From assembly GCA_965237675.1 (NCBI GenBank), contig OZ250150.1:352001-416000 (forward strand): DNA of 64,000 nt, in the 5' to 3' direction. Both the position numbers and the translations under genes were made by a program. Of this stretch, positions 20,558-30,520 are shown in pieces (position 1 is the first letter of the stretch; each line of letters starts with the position of its first letter). The stretch is from Candidatus Latescibacterota bacterium. GTDB lineage: Bacteria > Latescibacterota > UBA2968 > GCA-2709665. The notes under the pieces were generated by a model. The model was not told the DNA's origin. It searched no databases and worked only from the letters and a program-made list of their open reading frames with translations.

Positions 20558-20767
20558 GAAGCTGTTTTAAAATTACTGGTGAGTTCCCGAGCGCGAGCGA
20601 AAAAGTGACGGTTATGAGGCGCGAGGGGCGCGCAGCGCCGACGGGAAAATCCGCCTATGAGAGGCGAGCTAGCGTAGCCTCGACCTCGTAAGACGGGTGG
20701 GTTTGACCAACGCCGACCGGCGCTTTTGCAGCCGCGCGAAGACCGCTGGGGATTTTAAGACAGCTTC
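20558..20767. mobile_element. MITE, family A copy 1 (210 bp)
   Basis: TIRs GAAGCTGTTTTAAAAT...ATTTTAAGACAGCTTC; flanks GAA/TAA; closely related copy at 41966-42151. Confidence 0.85.
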
Positions 20768-20784
20768 TAAGAAAGGGGATTGCG

Positions 20785-22605
20785 ATGGCGGAATCCGAGG
20801 TGCGCGGTTCGTGGATCGAGTACGATGTGATCGTCCGAAGAAACGTGATGGTGCCCATGCGCGACGGCGTGAGGTTGGCGACGGATCTCTATTTCCCGGC
20901 GAAGCAGGGCAGCATTGTGCAGGGCACGTATCCGGCGGTGGTCGAACGCACACCCTACGATAAGGAATCGAAATTCAGCGAGGGGCGGTATCTCGCGCGG
21001 AGAGGGTATGTGGCCGTCCGGCAGGATGTCCGGGGGCGATTCGAATCCGAGGGCGTGTGGCACCCGTTTGCAAAGGAGGCGCCCGACGGGTACGATACCG
21101 TGGAATGGGTTGCCGCGCAGCCATGGTGCGACGGACACGTGGGCACGATGGGCGGGTCGTACTGCGGAAGCGACCAGAGCGCGCTGGCCACCCTGAATCC
21201 GCCGCATCTGAAAGCGATGGTGGTCGCGGTGGGCACGTCGAACTATCACACCAGTTCGATGCGGCAGAACGGCGCGCTGGAGTTGCGGTTCATGATATAT
21301 GCGTTCAGGATGGCAACGACGAGTAAAGAGGCGCTGGCCGATGCAACGCTGAAGGCCGCATTGGACGCGGATTTCGCGCGGATCGGAGAATGGATGACGC
21401 GGACGCCCTACCGGAAGGGGTCGTCCGCCCTGCGTTTTCTGCCCACCTATGAGCAATGGGTGCTGGATCTTCTGGGCGAAGGGGACTTCAACGATTATTG
21501 GAAGCAGCGGGGATACGCAATCGACCACTACTACGACGAACACGCGGACGTGCCCACAATTTACCTGGGCGGGTGGTACGATTCATACACCCGGGGAACC
21601 ACGGCGAACTATGTGGCGCTCTCGAAACGGATGAAATCCCCGCAACATTTGTTGATGGGTCCGTGGACCCACGGCGGATGGGGGAACTCGTTCGCGGGAG
21701 ACGTGGACTTCGGTTCGGAGTCCGTCCTGGACGATTACGATGGATACCGGCTGCGCTGGTTTGACAGGTGGCTGAAGGGTTTTGACAATGGGGTCGACCG
21801 GGAAAAGCCGGTTCGCATATTCATGATGGGCGGCGGCGACGGCCGCAGGAACCGGGAGGGGCGCCTGTCCTATATGGGCATCTGGCGGAACGTAGAGGAT
21901 TGGCCGCTTCCCGAAACGCGGTTTACGCCGTACTACCTGCATTCGGACGGCACACTCGGCCAGGAACTGCCGAAACCTTCCGGGCCGAGTCGGTACACGT
22001 TCGATCCCAGAGATCCGGTACCCACAATCGGCGGCAATCTGTCCGCAGGGGACCCGGTTCTCGTTGCGGGCGCGTACGATCAGCGAGGCGATACCCGATT
22101 TTACGGATGCAGCGACAACCTGCCGCTGCCGACGCGAGGCGACGTCCTCGTCTTCCAGACCCCCGAACTGGACGAGGCCGAAGAAGTGACGGGGCCGTTA
22201 ACCATGATATTGTGGGCGGCCTCGTCCGCGACGGATACGGATTTCACCGTGAAACTGATCGACGTACATCCACCGGGCGCGGACTATCCCGACGGTTTCG
22301 CGCAGAACATAACGGACAGCATCATCCGGGGGCGGTATCGGAACTCGCGGGATAAACCGGAGTCGATGGCGCCGGAAGAGATCTATGAACTGGAAATCGT
22401 GATGTATCCGACCTCGACCGTATTCGGGGCTGGGCACCGGATCCGGCTGGATGTCTCCAGCAGTAATTTTCCCAGGTTCGATATCAATCCGAATACGGGG
22501 GGCGCATTGGGGCGGGACCGTCGGGTTGTCCAGGCGGAGAACGCGATATATCACGACCCCGACCACCCGTCACATATTGTCCTGCCAGTTGTACCGGGGT
22601 CTTGA
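20785..22605 (+). CDS. CocE/NonD family serine hydrolase
   Basis: MRDGVRLATD, RTPY, DVRGRFESEG, GGSY nucleophile, GWYD, GPWTH, SSNFPRF. Confidence 0.92.
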   Translation: MAESEVRGSWIEYDVIVRRNVMVPMRDGVRLATDLYFPAKQGSIVQGTYPAVVERTPYDKESKFSEGRYLARRGYVAVRQDVRGRFESEGVWHPFAKEAPDGYDTVEWVAAQPWCDGHVGTMGGSYCGSDQSALATLNPPHLKAMVVAVGTSNYHTSSMRQNGALELRFMIYAFRMATTSKEALADATLKAALDADFARIGEWMTRTPYRKGSSALRFLPTYEQWVLDLLGEGDFNDYWKQRGYAIDHYYDEHADVPTIYLGGWYDSYTRGTTANYVALSKRMKSPQHLLMGPWTHGGWGNSFAGDVDFGSESVLDDYDGYRLRWFDRWLKGFDNGVDREKPVRIFMMGGGDGRRNREGRLSYMGIWRNVEDWPLPETRFTPYYLHSDGTLGQELPKPSGPSRYTFDPRDPVPTIGGNLSAGDPVLVAGAYDQRGDTRFYGCSDNLPLPTRGDVLVFQTPELDEAEEVTGPLTMILWAASSATDTDFTVKLIDVHPPGADYPDGFAQNITDSIIRGRYRNSRDKPESMAPEEIYELEIVMYPTSTVFGAGHRIRLDVSSSNFPRFDINPNTGGALGRDRRVVQAENAIYHDPDHPSHIVLPVVPGS

Positions 22606-22612
22606 CGGGCAA

Positions 22613-23509
22613 ATGGGTGACGATTCCGAGATTACTTATCGGGACCGAAGGTCCGGAAGAATGGTAACTGAACCGCTGTCTTTCGCATTCTTCCAGCGGT
22701 GGTTCGATTCTTCAGTCTTCCTTGGGCTTTACCATTTCCTTTTTAATAACTCAGCGTTTTGCCGGTTATACGGCTGGATGCAGGCGCGTCCCGGAAGTCG
22801 CCGCAAAATTCCCCGTTTCGTTCGGCAGTACGCCATCGATGTCGAAGAGATCGAATATCCCCCGGATCGGTATCCGAGCTTTAACGCGTTTTTCACCCGC
22901 CGGTTGAAACCCGATGCCAGGCCGTTTGACCTGGGGCCCGACACATTCGCCTGTCCCGCGGACGGAAAGGTTCTGGTCTATCGGCAACTCCTGGAAGGCG
23001 GCCGGATCCCGGTCAAAGGGGCATCGGTTCCTTTACATCTCCTGCTGGACTCCGAAGACAACGCGCTTCCCTATCAAGACGGGTCGGCGTTGGTCGTCCG
23101 GCTTGCGCCATACGACTATCACCGGTTCCATTTTCCGGATTCCGGAAAGGCCGGACCGGCGCGTGTCGTCGCCGGGCGGTACTATATTGTCAATCCGCTT
23201 GGCCTTGCCAGGGTGCCCGGCGTATTCTGGCGGAACAAACGCGCGATTACCAGATTCGATTCGGACCAATTCGGACGAATCGCATATGTGGAAATAGGCG
23301 GCTTTGCGGTTGGCAGCATTGTTGAGACATACACGCCGGGCCCGGTCCACCGGGGTCAGGAGAAGGGTTATTTTCAGTTCGGAGGGTCCACGCTTGTCCT
23401 GCTGTTCGAACCGGGGACGGTTGTCTTTGACGACGACCTGACGGAAGACTCAAGGCGTGGAATTGAAGTGCACGTACGGGCGGGTAGCGGAATCGGCACG
23501 CGGACTTAG
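22613..23509 (+). CDS. psd: Phosphatidylserine decarboxylase
   Basis: FNAFFTRRLK, PADG, RLAPYDYHRFHFP, FGGST self-cleavage motif. Confidence 0.9.
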   Translation: MGDDSEITYRDRRSGRMVTEPLSFAFFQRWFDSSVFLGLYHFLFNNSAFCRLYGWMQARPGSRRKIPRFVRQYAIDVEEIEYPPDRYPSFNAFFTRRLKPDARPFDLGPDTFACPADGKVLVYRQLLEGGRIPVKGASVPLHLLLDSEDNALPYQDGSALVVRLAPYDYHRFHFPDSGKAGPARVVAGRYYIVNPLGLARVPGVFWRNKRAITRFDSDQFGRIAYVEIGGFAVGSIVETYTPGPVHRGQEKGYFQFGGSTLVLLFEPGTVVFDDDLTEDSRRGIEVHVRAGSGIGTRT

Positions 23510-23650
23510 AGTCGAAACCTCAGTGAATCAGCGAATGACAGCACGGCGGGTCGCGGGCCGTGAGGACCGGCGCCCGTCTTGATCGACCAAAGCACACGTA
23601 ATCTGCCGTACCGGAAACCCGATCAGGGCGAAGCGCCTCTGCGTTTCGTC

Positions 23651-25705
23651 CTATCTTTCTTCCGGCCCCAGGCAGACGAATTCCGCTGGATTCGCAAGGT
23701 TCTGATAGGTAGCCTCGATCCACTGATCGGACCGGGCCGTGCTCGAGATACGGACTTCCTCGATTTCACCTTGAAACGGCGCCCCGCCGCCCGCGAGCCG
23801 GCCGATGACGACCGGTGCCTGACTGGACTGGATGGGCCCCGAAGCTTCGGTCGAAGCCACCGGCGTCCCGTCTACATACAGGGTCGTCCGTTCGCCATCG
23901 TATACGCCCGAGAGGTGATGCCTGCCGGGAGTGAGCGTCCTGTTGGCGCGTACGCTCCGGGTACCGCTTTGTGTGTTTATGGTGAAGGCCGGACCCGGCA
24001 GTGACGCGCAAAGTCCGCCATTGTGACCGCATTCGGCGTATTTGAGTATGAAGGAGGCGTCGCCCGCGGTGTCGTAGCGAAGCACTTTTCCGTGGGGTGC
24101 GTATTCGCGAGCGTCGTTCTCGTCGGGATCTTCACGCCACGGCGCAAAGTAGACGTACCGTCCGTCGAACGCGCCCCCATTGAAGCCGCCAGGGTTCGGC
24201 GGATAGGTGAAGACGCCCCCATCGGCGGCGTCCCAGGCCGCCCTGTCGTTGAAGTTCATGCACGTGTTGTAACGCAGAACACGGCAGTGGAAACCCCGCT
24301 GGGGTTGATCGCCTTCGTAGAACGGAATGTAATAAATGTACTGGCCGTCGAAGGCCGCGCCGTCGTAACCTTTGGTATGCAGACCCGACGTGCCTGCCGC
24401 GTCATAGGCTTCCCAGCTATCCGGGTCCACGAAGTCGGCACGAGTGTCGTATCGGACCGCATTGCTGTGCGCATACGGCACATAGTAAATGTAGCGTCCG
24501 TCGAAAATGGCGCCCACGCACATCCCCATGCCCTGACCACTGGCATCCAGAGCCCGCCAGGCTGCGGGATCGTCGAACTCGCCGCAGGTATCGTGCCGGA
24601 GCACGATTCCGCGGTCGTTGAGGGGCGAGTAATAGACGTAACGTCCATCGAAGGTGGCGCCGTCGTAATTCCTCGACTCCAGCCCGCCGGTGTTACCGGC
24701 ATCGTAGGTGACATAGCTGGCTGGATCCTTGAAATCACCCCGCGTATCGTACCGGACGGCTCGGCCGGTTTCGGACCCGTCTACCTCGTATCCGGGTACG
24801 AGGTAGATGTAACGTCCGTCATAGGCGGCGCTCTGGTGGGAAATGTTATTGCCGATATCGTATGCCTGCCAACTTCCGGGATCGTGGAATTCCCCACGCC
24901 GGTCGTAACGCAGAATCCGGCTGTGATGCGCACGCCCGTCGGTACGTGGAACAAAATAGATATAGTCGCCGGCGTGTACGGCGCCGTAGTATCCTTTTGT
25001 GTTGAGGCCGTCGGTACTCCCCGCGTCGTACCCCTCCCAGCTGTCAGGACTGTTGAACCCGCCGCAGGAGTCGTATCGCAAAACCTGGCCGTGGCGCTCC
25101 TGGGAACCATTGAGTTGAGGCGCAAAATAAACGTAACGTCCGTCACAGACGGCGCCGAAAAAGCCCCTGGTGTCCAGGCCGTCGGTGTCCCCGGCGTCGT
25201 AGGACTCGAACGTATCCATAACTGATCGCAACGACCACTTGGCGACCAGGGCCTGGAAGGCGTCCGAACGGGTTTGGCTGCTCTCGACCCAGGCTTCGAC
25301 AGTCAGGGTTTGAGCGCGGTCGAGCGCTTCGGAGCGTACCAATTCGCTCCCATAACTGACCAGTCTGTAGTCGGTATCCCAAACGGGGTCCGGACATGAA
25401 ACCGATCCTCCTCCATAGCAGAGGTAAAAAATCGTATCCGCCGAAAGTGAAGGGATTCTGACTCTTGCCCTCAGGGCGCCGTTTTCGGGATCGTAGGACT
25501 CGATACGGTACGCCAGCGTATCGCCCTGGCGGGATACGAAGTGGATGTCGCTTCCGTCTTCCCTGAGAATGTGACCGCCCCGGTCAACCGGTTTCAGGGC
25601 GTTGTCCCGCAGGACCACGAGAAGAGGAAAGTCTTGAAGGTCCGGGACGACTCCCTCGGGGTTGATGCTGAGTTTTCGGCGGATGAGTTTCCCGGCTGTT
25701 TCCAT
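23651..25705 (-). CDS. DUF2341-like + LamG-like protein with seven GAxFDGRYxYxxP repeats
   Basis: N-terminal DFPLLV...DGSDIHF; LTVEAWV; 7 repeats; then HLSGVYDG..LYVDG..FQGEIEEVRIS. Confidence 0.8.
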   Translation of the reverse strand: METAGKLIRRKLSINPEGVVPDLQDFPLLVVLRDNALKPVDRGGHILREDGSDIHFVSRQGDTLAYRIESYDPENGALRARVRIPSLSADTIFYLCYGGGSVSCPDPVWDTDYRLVSYGSELVRSEALDRAQTLTVEAWVESSQTRSDAFQALVAKWSLRSVMDTFESYDAGDTDGLDTRGFFGAVCDGRYVYFAPQLNGSQERHGQVLRYDSCGGFNSPDSWEGYDAGSTDGLNTKGYYGAVHAGDYIYFVPRTDGRAHHSRILRYDRRGEFHDPGSWQAYDIGNNISHQSAAYDGRYIYLVPGYEVDGSETGRAVRYDTRGDFKDPASYVTYDAGNTGGLESRNYDGATFDGRYVYYSPLNDRGIVLRHDTCGEFDDPAAWRALDASGQGMGMCVGAIFDGRYIYYVPYAHSNAVRYDTRADFVDPDSWEAYDAAGTSGLHTKGYDGAAFDGQYIYYIPFYEGDQPQRGFHCRVLRYNTCMNFNDRAAWDAADGGVFTYPPNPGGFNGGAFDGRYVYFAPWREDPDENDAREYAPHGKVLRYDTAGDASFILKYAECGHNGGLCASLPGPAFTINTQSGTRSVRANRTLTPGRHHLSGVYDGERTTLYVDGTPVASTEASGPIQSSQAPVVIGRLAGGGAPFQGEIEEVRISSTARSDQWIEATYQNLANPAEFVCLGPEER

Positions 25706-25869
25706 GGTATCCTCTCCTGGTCAACGCTAAGTACGTGTTTAACTCAGACGGAATCCATCTCGATCCGGTATGGATCGCCCGCGATGTGGCGAATTCCGTA
25801 AAACAGCATTCCCGGTGGCCTGCCCGCCTGCGCGGGCGAAGATCTCGGGACCCTTCGCGCCTCGACCCG

Positions 25870-26184
25870 TTAAGGCTGAAGCATGACTTTGATGGAACGG
25901 TCGCCGGCGGCGACGAGATCGATGCCGTCCTGGAATCTCTCAAGAGGCAGGCGGTGGGTCACGATACGATCCATTGGCAAGAGGCCCTTTTGGATCATAT
26001 CGATAGCGATGGGGTAACAACCGGGTCCCAGGTGGGCGTCGCGCGAAGGCATTTGAACGCGGACAACGACCTCCTCCGGTCCAGGGCGCGGCACGGGGCG
26101 TTCTTCCAGGCGGTAGTCTTCGGATCCGTGGCAGACAACCGCCGGAATGGTTTCGGGAATTCCGGTATGCGTCGTCAATGCCAT
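25870..26184 (-). pseudogene. Zn-dependent polyol/alcohol dehydrogenase reduced to fused N- and C-terminal stubs
   Basis: AVVCHGSEDYRLEERPVPRPGPEEVVVRV joined in frame to AHLGPGCYPIAIDMI...IVTHRLPLERFQDG...SIKVML; catalytic and NAD-binding core absent. Confidence 0.8.
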
Positions 26185-26492
26185 TCTCCCGTGAGGACCG
26201 TCCGCGACGGCTTGAGACAAGTGTCGCCGCAGCGTCCGGAACATCCGGCGGACTCGTTACCTTCCAGGACGGACGCCCATCGGGCGTCTTCCGAAACATG
26301 ACCGAAGAAAATAGTTGCCGCGGCTATGCACTGACTTCCCCTGACGCCATTCAAGATAGGATGAAAAAAAATGGATGGCAACCGATTCGGAAGGACCGGT
26401 CGCCCGGGTTTTTTCTTGTGTCCGCCGTCCCCGTCTCCTTACATTGCGGGTGACAATATCCGGGCCTTGACAGACCTGATTGAGAGGAGTGG

Positions 26493-29400
26493 ATGATGGA
26501 CCGTCGCGATGCGATGTGGCTGTTGGTATTCCTGGTACTGGGTGTGGGCGGGCTGGCGGTATTTCTGAATTTCTACACCGAGGCGATTCCTTCCGCGTCG
26601 CTGGATTTCAGGTTGAGCCGCGATGAGGTACTCCTGAAGGCGCAGGCCTATCTGGAGGACCTGGGATACGATCTTGCGGATTATGAGAACGCCCAGGTGT
26701 TCTCCAGCAGGCAGATGCAGCAGATTTTCCTGGAGCAGACGCTGGGCCTGGAGGAGACCAACCGGCTAGCCAGGGAGTGGTTGTCGGTCTGGTCCTGGAG
26801 CGTGCGGTGGTTTAAGCCGCTGCAGAAGGAGGAACTTCGGGTGGGGATGGATCCGGGCGGGCGAATTGTGGGATTTTCGCACCGCATCCTGGAATCGGAC
26901 GAAGGTGCGAGCCTGACGCAGGACGCGGCGCTTGTGATTGCATCAGAATTCCTGCGGGATACCCAGGGGTACGACCTGGACGGCTACGAGTTGATCGATC
27001 GGTCCAGCACGGAACGCAAGGCCCGGGGCGATCACCGGTTCGCCTACCGGAAGAAGGACTTCACCGTGGGAGACGACGGGCACTACCGCCTGGACGTGGT
27101 GGTGCACGGGGACCGGGTGGGACGGTTCAGCGAATACCTGAAAGTGCCGGATAGTTTCTCCCGGAACTACCGGGAAGTGCGTTCGCGGGCGAACCTGCTG
27201 ACGCAGGTCTTTTTGCCGTTCTGGCTCGCATTGGGCATCGCCATGCTGGTGATTCTGGTCAAGTATTATCGCAGGAAGGGCTTGCACTGGCAGGCCGGCC
27301 TGGTGGTCGGAACACTCGTGGCCATTGCCTGGCTTGCGGCGAACGTCAACGCCCTGCCTCTTGCGCTTTATAATTTCGATACAACGGTCTCATTCGGTGC
27401 CTTTCTGGTGACCGTTTTGTTCAGTGCTGTTCTGGTCGCGGCTCTTTACGGCGGGATCGTCTGCCTGGCCGGGACGGCGGGCGGGGCTCTCGGACGAGAC
27501 GTGCTATTCGAGGGACGCGCGCGTCCGCTCGGACGCCTGTCTTTGAAAGGGGTATTTTCAGCCGGATTCCTTCGGTCCACGGTCGTGGGTTATGGCGTCG
27601 CCGGGGCCGTGCTGGGATACGTCGCTCTGTTTTATCTGCTGGGTGGCCGGTATTTCGATGTCTGGGTGCCGGCGGACGTCAGCGAGTACGACAACGCTTT
27701 CAGCACAGCCATCCCCTGGATTTACCCGTTGCTGGCAGGATTGTCCGCCGCGGCGATGGAGGAGTTTTTCTTCCGTCTGTTGGCGATTACTCTGCTGATC
27801 CGATGGTTGAAACGGCGGTGGCTGGCAGTGTTGCTGCCGGCGGTGGTGTGGGCGTTCTTGCATTCCAACTACCCCCATGAGCCCATTTATATACGCGGAA
27901 TTGAGATAACGGTCATAGGAATCGTCTTCGGTATTGTGTTCTTGCGTTTCGGGATATGGGCGCCCATCATAGCCCACTACGCCATTAATGCTTTCATCGT
28001 AGCGTTGCCGATGGTGAAGTCTTCAAGTCCCTACTTTCAGGTATCCGGTGTACTGGTCATCGGGATTTTGCTGCTGCCGGCCATCCCCTCGGCTTTCGCT
28101 GTTCTGACCGGGAGGCCCCGACCCCGGGAAGTTGACGACGCGGTCGATGAGGAAGCGCCTGAACAACCCGTTGAAACCGGGGAACCGGCGCCCGAGCCCG
28201 ACCGTGCGGCCGTGACTCAAAAAGACCCCGATGCCTATTTGCCGGATCGAAAGAGGTGGCTTGTCGCCGGCCTTTGCGCCCTGGCGGGTGTCACGTTGAT
28301 GATCGGATTCCACGTGGACCGGTTCGGCTCCCGTACGTTGAAGCTGGAAGTGACCCGGAGCCAGGCGGTGCGTGTCGCGGAAGCCTTTTGTAAAGAACTG
28401 GGATTGGATGTGTCGGATTACCGCAGATCGGTGCAGTTTCGCAGCGGGGTCGGTTCCTCGCATTACACACATCTGATCCGAAACGCGGGTGTCGCGCGCG
28501 CGGATAGCCTGATGGCCGAGAACACAACCCCGTGGTATTGGCACGTGCGCTGGTTCAAGCCGATGGAGAAGGAGGAGATCCGGATCCGCGTGGACGCGGC
28601 CGGGCACGTTGCGGGCATAAACCACATCATTCCGGAAACTCGGGCCGGACCCGAATTGGAGACGGACGTCGCACGGGTGAAGGCCGAGGCATCTGTTGAG
28701 AGACAGTTCCACCGATCCGTAACGGATACGGTGCAATACAAGCTACTGGAGGCCCGTTCGGAGAAGGAGGAGGAACGGATGGACCACCATTTTGTGTGGG
28801 AACGGATGGACCGGAAGGTCGAGGATGGAGAGTTCCGCGTAAATGCACGGGTTCAGGGGGACGAGGTCGGATTCTTCGGTACCCGATATAAGGCGCCGGA
28901 AAAATTCCTTCGGTCGCTCCGGCAACAAGGCACCGGGCAGGTATTGGCCTCGAACGTGCCGGTTCTATTGGCTCTGGCAACCCTGATACTGGCGGGGATT
29001 TATTTCTTCCGGCTTTACCGGGCAAAGGAGATTTCCTGGAGACTCCCAATCACATTAGGCATTGCGGTTGTGGCGCTGATGGTACTGAATTGGATCAATT
29101 CGTTACCGACCTTTTTCCACACATATGATACAAGCCAGGCGATGACGACCTACATGGGTATCCAGGGGGTCTCTATGCTGATCGGCACACCGCTGATGGG
29201 ACTGGCAATAGCGGTCATGATAGCGTTGATGGTTGCGCTTTGTGGATCTCTCTATCCCGAAGAGATGGGGGCCGGCAGGTGGCTGGGGCTCTTACGGATG
29301 CGAGAAGGCGGCTTGCGCTTCTGGGCCGGCACGCTGGCTCTGGCGGCGGCATTTTTGCTGCTTCGGACAGGTATGGGCAGTGTCGGTATATTTGTGAAAT

Positions 29401-29906
29401 ATCACGGGTTGACGGAGTTTCTACAAGCGGACGGGTTCAACTTGCCGGGAATAAACACCTATCTTCCCTTCATCAACGCCGCCGGTGACGCAGCCCTGGA
29501 GTTAATCGATCCCTTTGCAGTGCTGGCAATTCTGCTGATCTGGAAAGCCGGAGTGAAACGACCATGGCTGATTGTGGCCGGAATCGCGGTTGCAATGTTG
29601 TCCACGGAGGCGATCGCGCCGGCCAGGAGTTTTTATCACTTCGCCGTTCTGGCCGGCCTGGCGCTCGTGAATCTGGGTGTGCTGGTTTTCCTGGTCGCGT
29701 GGCTGGTCCGGTTCAACCTGATGGCCTACATTGTCGCGATATGGTCCGGCAAGCTCATCCTGGGCCCTGGAATCGCAATGATTCAACGGACAACGGAATC
29801 CGTTTATGAGTGGAACGGCGTTGCCATGCTCGTGCTTGGCCTGGCGCCGCTGCTCTTCCTTCTGGCTGCGTGTCTGCGAGAGCGGCGACAGCGGACGGAA
29901 GGATGA
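26493..29906 (+). CDS. Large internally duplicated CPBP (CAAX/Abi) intramembrane metalloprotease
   Basis: EEFFFR, WAFLH and AHYAIN in the first half; two homologous soluble domains (WxVRWFKPxxKEE); many TM helices. Confidence 0.85.
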   Translation: MMDRRDAMWLLVFLVLGVGGLAVFLNFYTEAIPSASLDFRLSRDEVLLKAQAYLEDLGYDLADYENAQVFSSRQMQQIFLEQTLGLEETNRLAREWLSVWSWSVRWFKPLQKEELRVGMDPGGRIVGFSHRILESDEGASLTQDAALVIASEFLRDTQGYDLDGYELIDRSSTERKARGDHRFAYRKKDFTVGDDGHYRLDVVVHGDRVGRFSEYLKVPDSFSRNYREVRSRANLLTQVFLPFWLALGIAMLVILVKYYRRKGLHWQAGLVVGTLVAIAWLAANVNALPLALYNFDTTVSFGAFLVTVLFSAVLVAALYGGIVCLAGTAGGALGRDVLFEGRARPLGRLSLKGVFSAGFLRSTVVGYGVAGAVLGYVALFYLLGGRYFDVWVPADVSEYDNAFSTAIPWIYPLLAGLSAAAMEEFFFRLLAITLLIRWLKRRWLAVLLPAVVWAFLHSNYPHEPIYIRGIEITVIGIVFGIVFLRFGIWAPIIAHYAINAFIVALPMVKSSSPYFQVSGVLVIGILLLPAIPSAFAVLTGRPRPREVDDAVDEEAPEQPVETGEPAPEPDRAAVTQKDPDAYLPDRKRWLVAGLCALAGVTLMIGFHVDRFGSRTLKLEVTRSQAVRVAEAFCKELGLDVSDYRRSVQFRSGVGSSHYTHLIRNAGVARADSLMAENTTPWYWHVRWFKPMEKEEIRIRVDAAGHVAGINHIIPETRAGPELETDVARVKAEASVERQFHRSVTDTVQYKLLEARSEKEEERMDHHFVWERMDRKVEDGEFRVNARVQGDEVGFFGTRYKAPEKFLRSLRQQGTGQVLASNVPVLLALATLILAGIYFFRLYRAKEISWRLPITLGIAVVALMVLNWINSLPTFFHTYDTSQAMTTYMGIQGVSMLIGTPLMGLAIAVMIALMVALCGSLYPEEMGAGRWLGLLRMREGGLRFWAGTLALAAAFLLLRTGMGSVGIFVKYHGLTEFLQADGFNLPGINTYLPFINAAGDAALELIDPFAVLAILLIWKAGVKRPWLIVAGIAVAMLSTEAIAPARSFYHFAVLAGLALVNLGVLVFLVAWLVRFNLMAYIVAIWSGKLILGPGIAMIQRTTESVYEWNGVAMLVLGLAPLLFLLAACLRERRQRTEG

Positions 29907-29962
29907 GCCGCTGCCCGTTGCGCCACGTTTTTCGATCCTCTAAGCCGACGGCTGAAATGACA

Positions 29963-29998
29963 ACCCCCCTCCGAAGGACATCGGAGGGGGGTCTTTTA
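29963..29998 (+). terminator. Intrinsic terminator after the CPBP gene
   Basis: ACCCCCCTCCGA-AGGACA-TCGGAGGGGGGT followed by CTTTT. Confidence 0.75.
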
Positions 29999-30029
29999 TG
30001 GGGGACTATATCGAAAAGTGCCAAACACG

Positions 30030-30408
30030 TCAGACTGTCGCTTGACATTCCCGCGCCGTTTTCCGGTAGGAATTTACGAAGGGAACGTGGAATTGCCCAG
30101 TGACGCCTGGCCCTCGCTGGATCAAATCCACCCCAAGTCTTGCGGCTATCCCCTTTCCTCGTTCCAGGACCGGTCAAGTAATTGGCTTGATACCGTCCTC
30201 GCCGCTCGTAATGCCTGAAACGGTCTTCGGTGTACGCTTTCGAATATGGAATCCGCCCAGGATGAAACGTAAACTTATCTGTTACCGTATAAGACAATAT
30301 CGTGAATGGGACCAAATTGGCGAGAAATCTTGTCGTGTGCACAGGACCATCATTCCACTTCCTCATTCATTCAAGACAATCGCCGTAGTAAAGCGTATTC
30401 AATTTCAT
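30030..30408 (-). pseudogene. N6/N4 site-specific DNA methyltransferase remnant
   Basis: MKLNTLYYGDCLE*MRKW (TGA 30367-30369), then frameshifted HDKISRQFGPIHD..LY and LTGPGTRKGDS..WGGFDP...RHWAIP; no DPP(F/Y) motif. Confidence 0.7.
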
Positions 30409-30520
30409 TTCTTCAACCTATCCCAGCCAGGAGTTCTTCCTCACAACTCGATTGATCCGTCCGTTAACAAAAGTGTCAGCACCCATCAAAACCTCCTCTG
30501 CACAGTCTTCCCGTTTACCG

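Noticed and set aside
24023-25225. Long antisense ORFs (also 11182..12480, 14919..16217, 35461..36987, 49577..51763)
   Set aside because: They lie opposite well-supported genes and have no motifs; expected in high-GC DNA.
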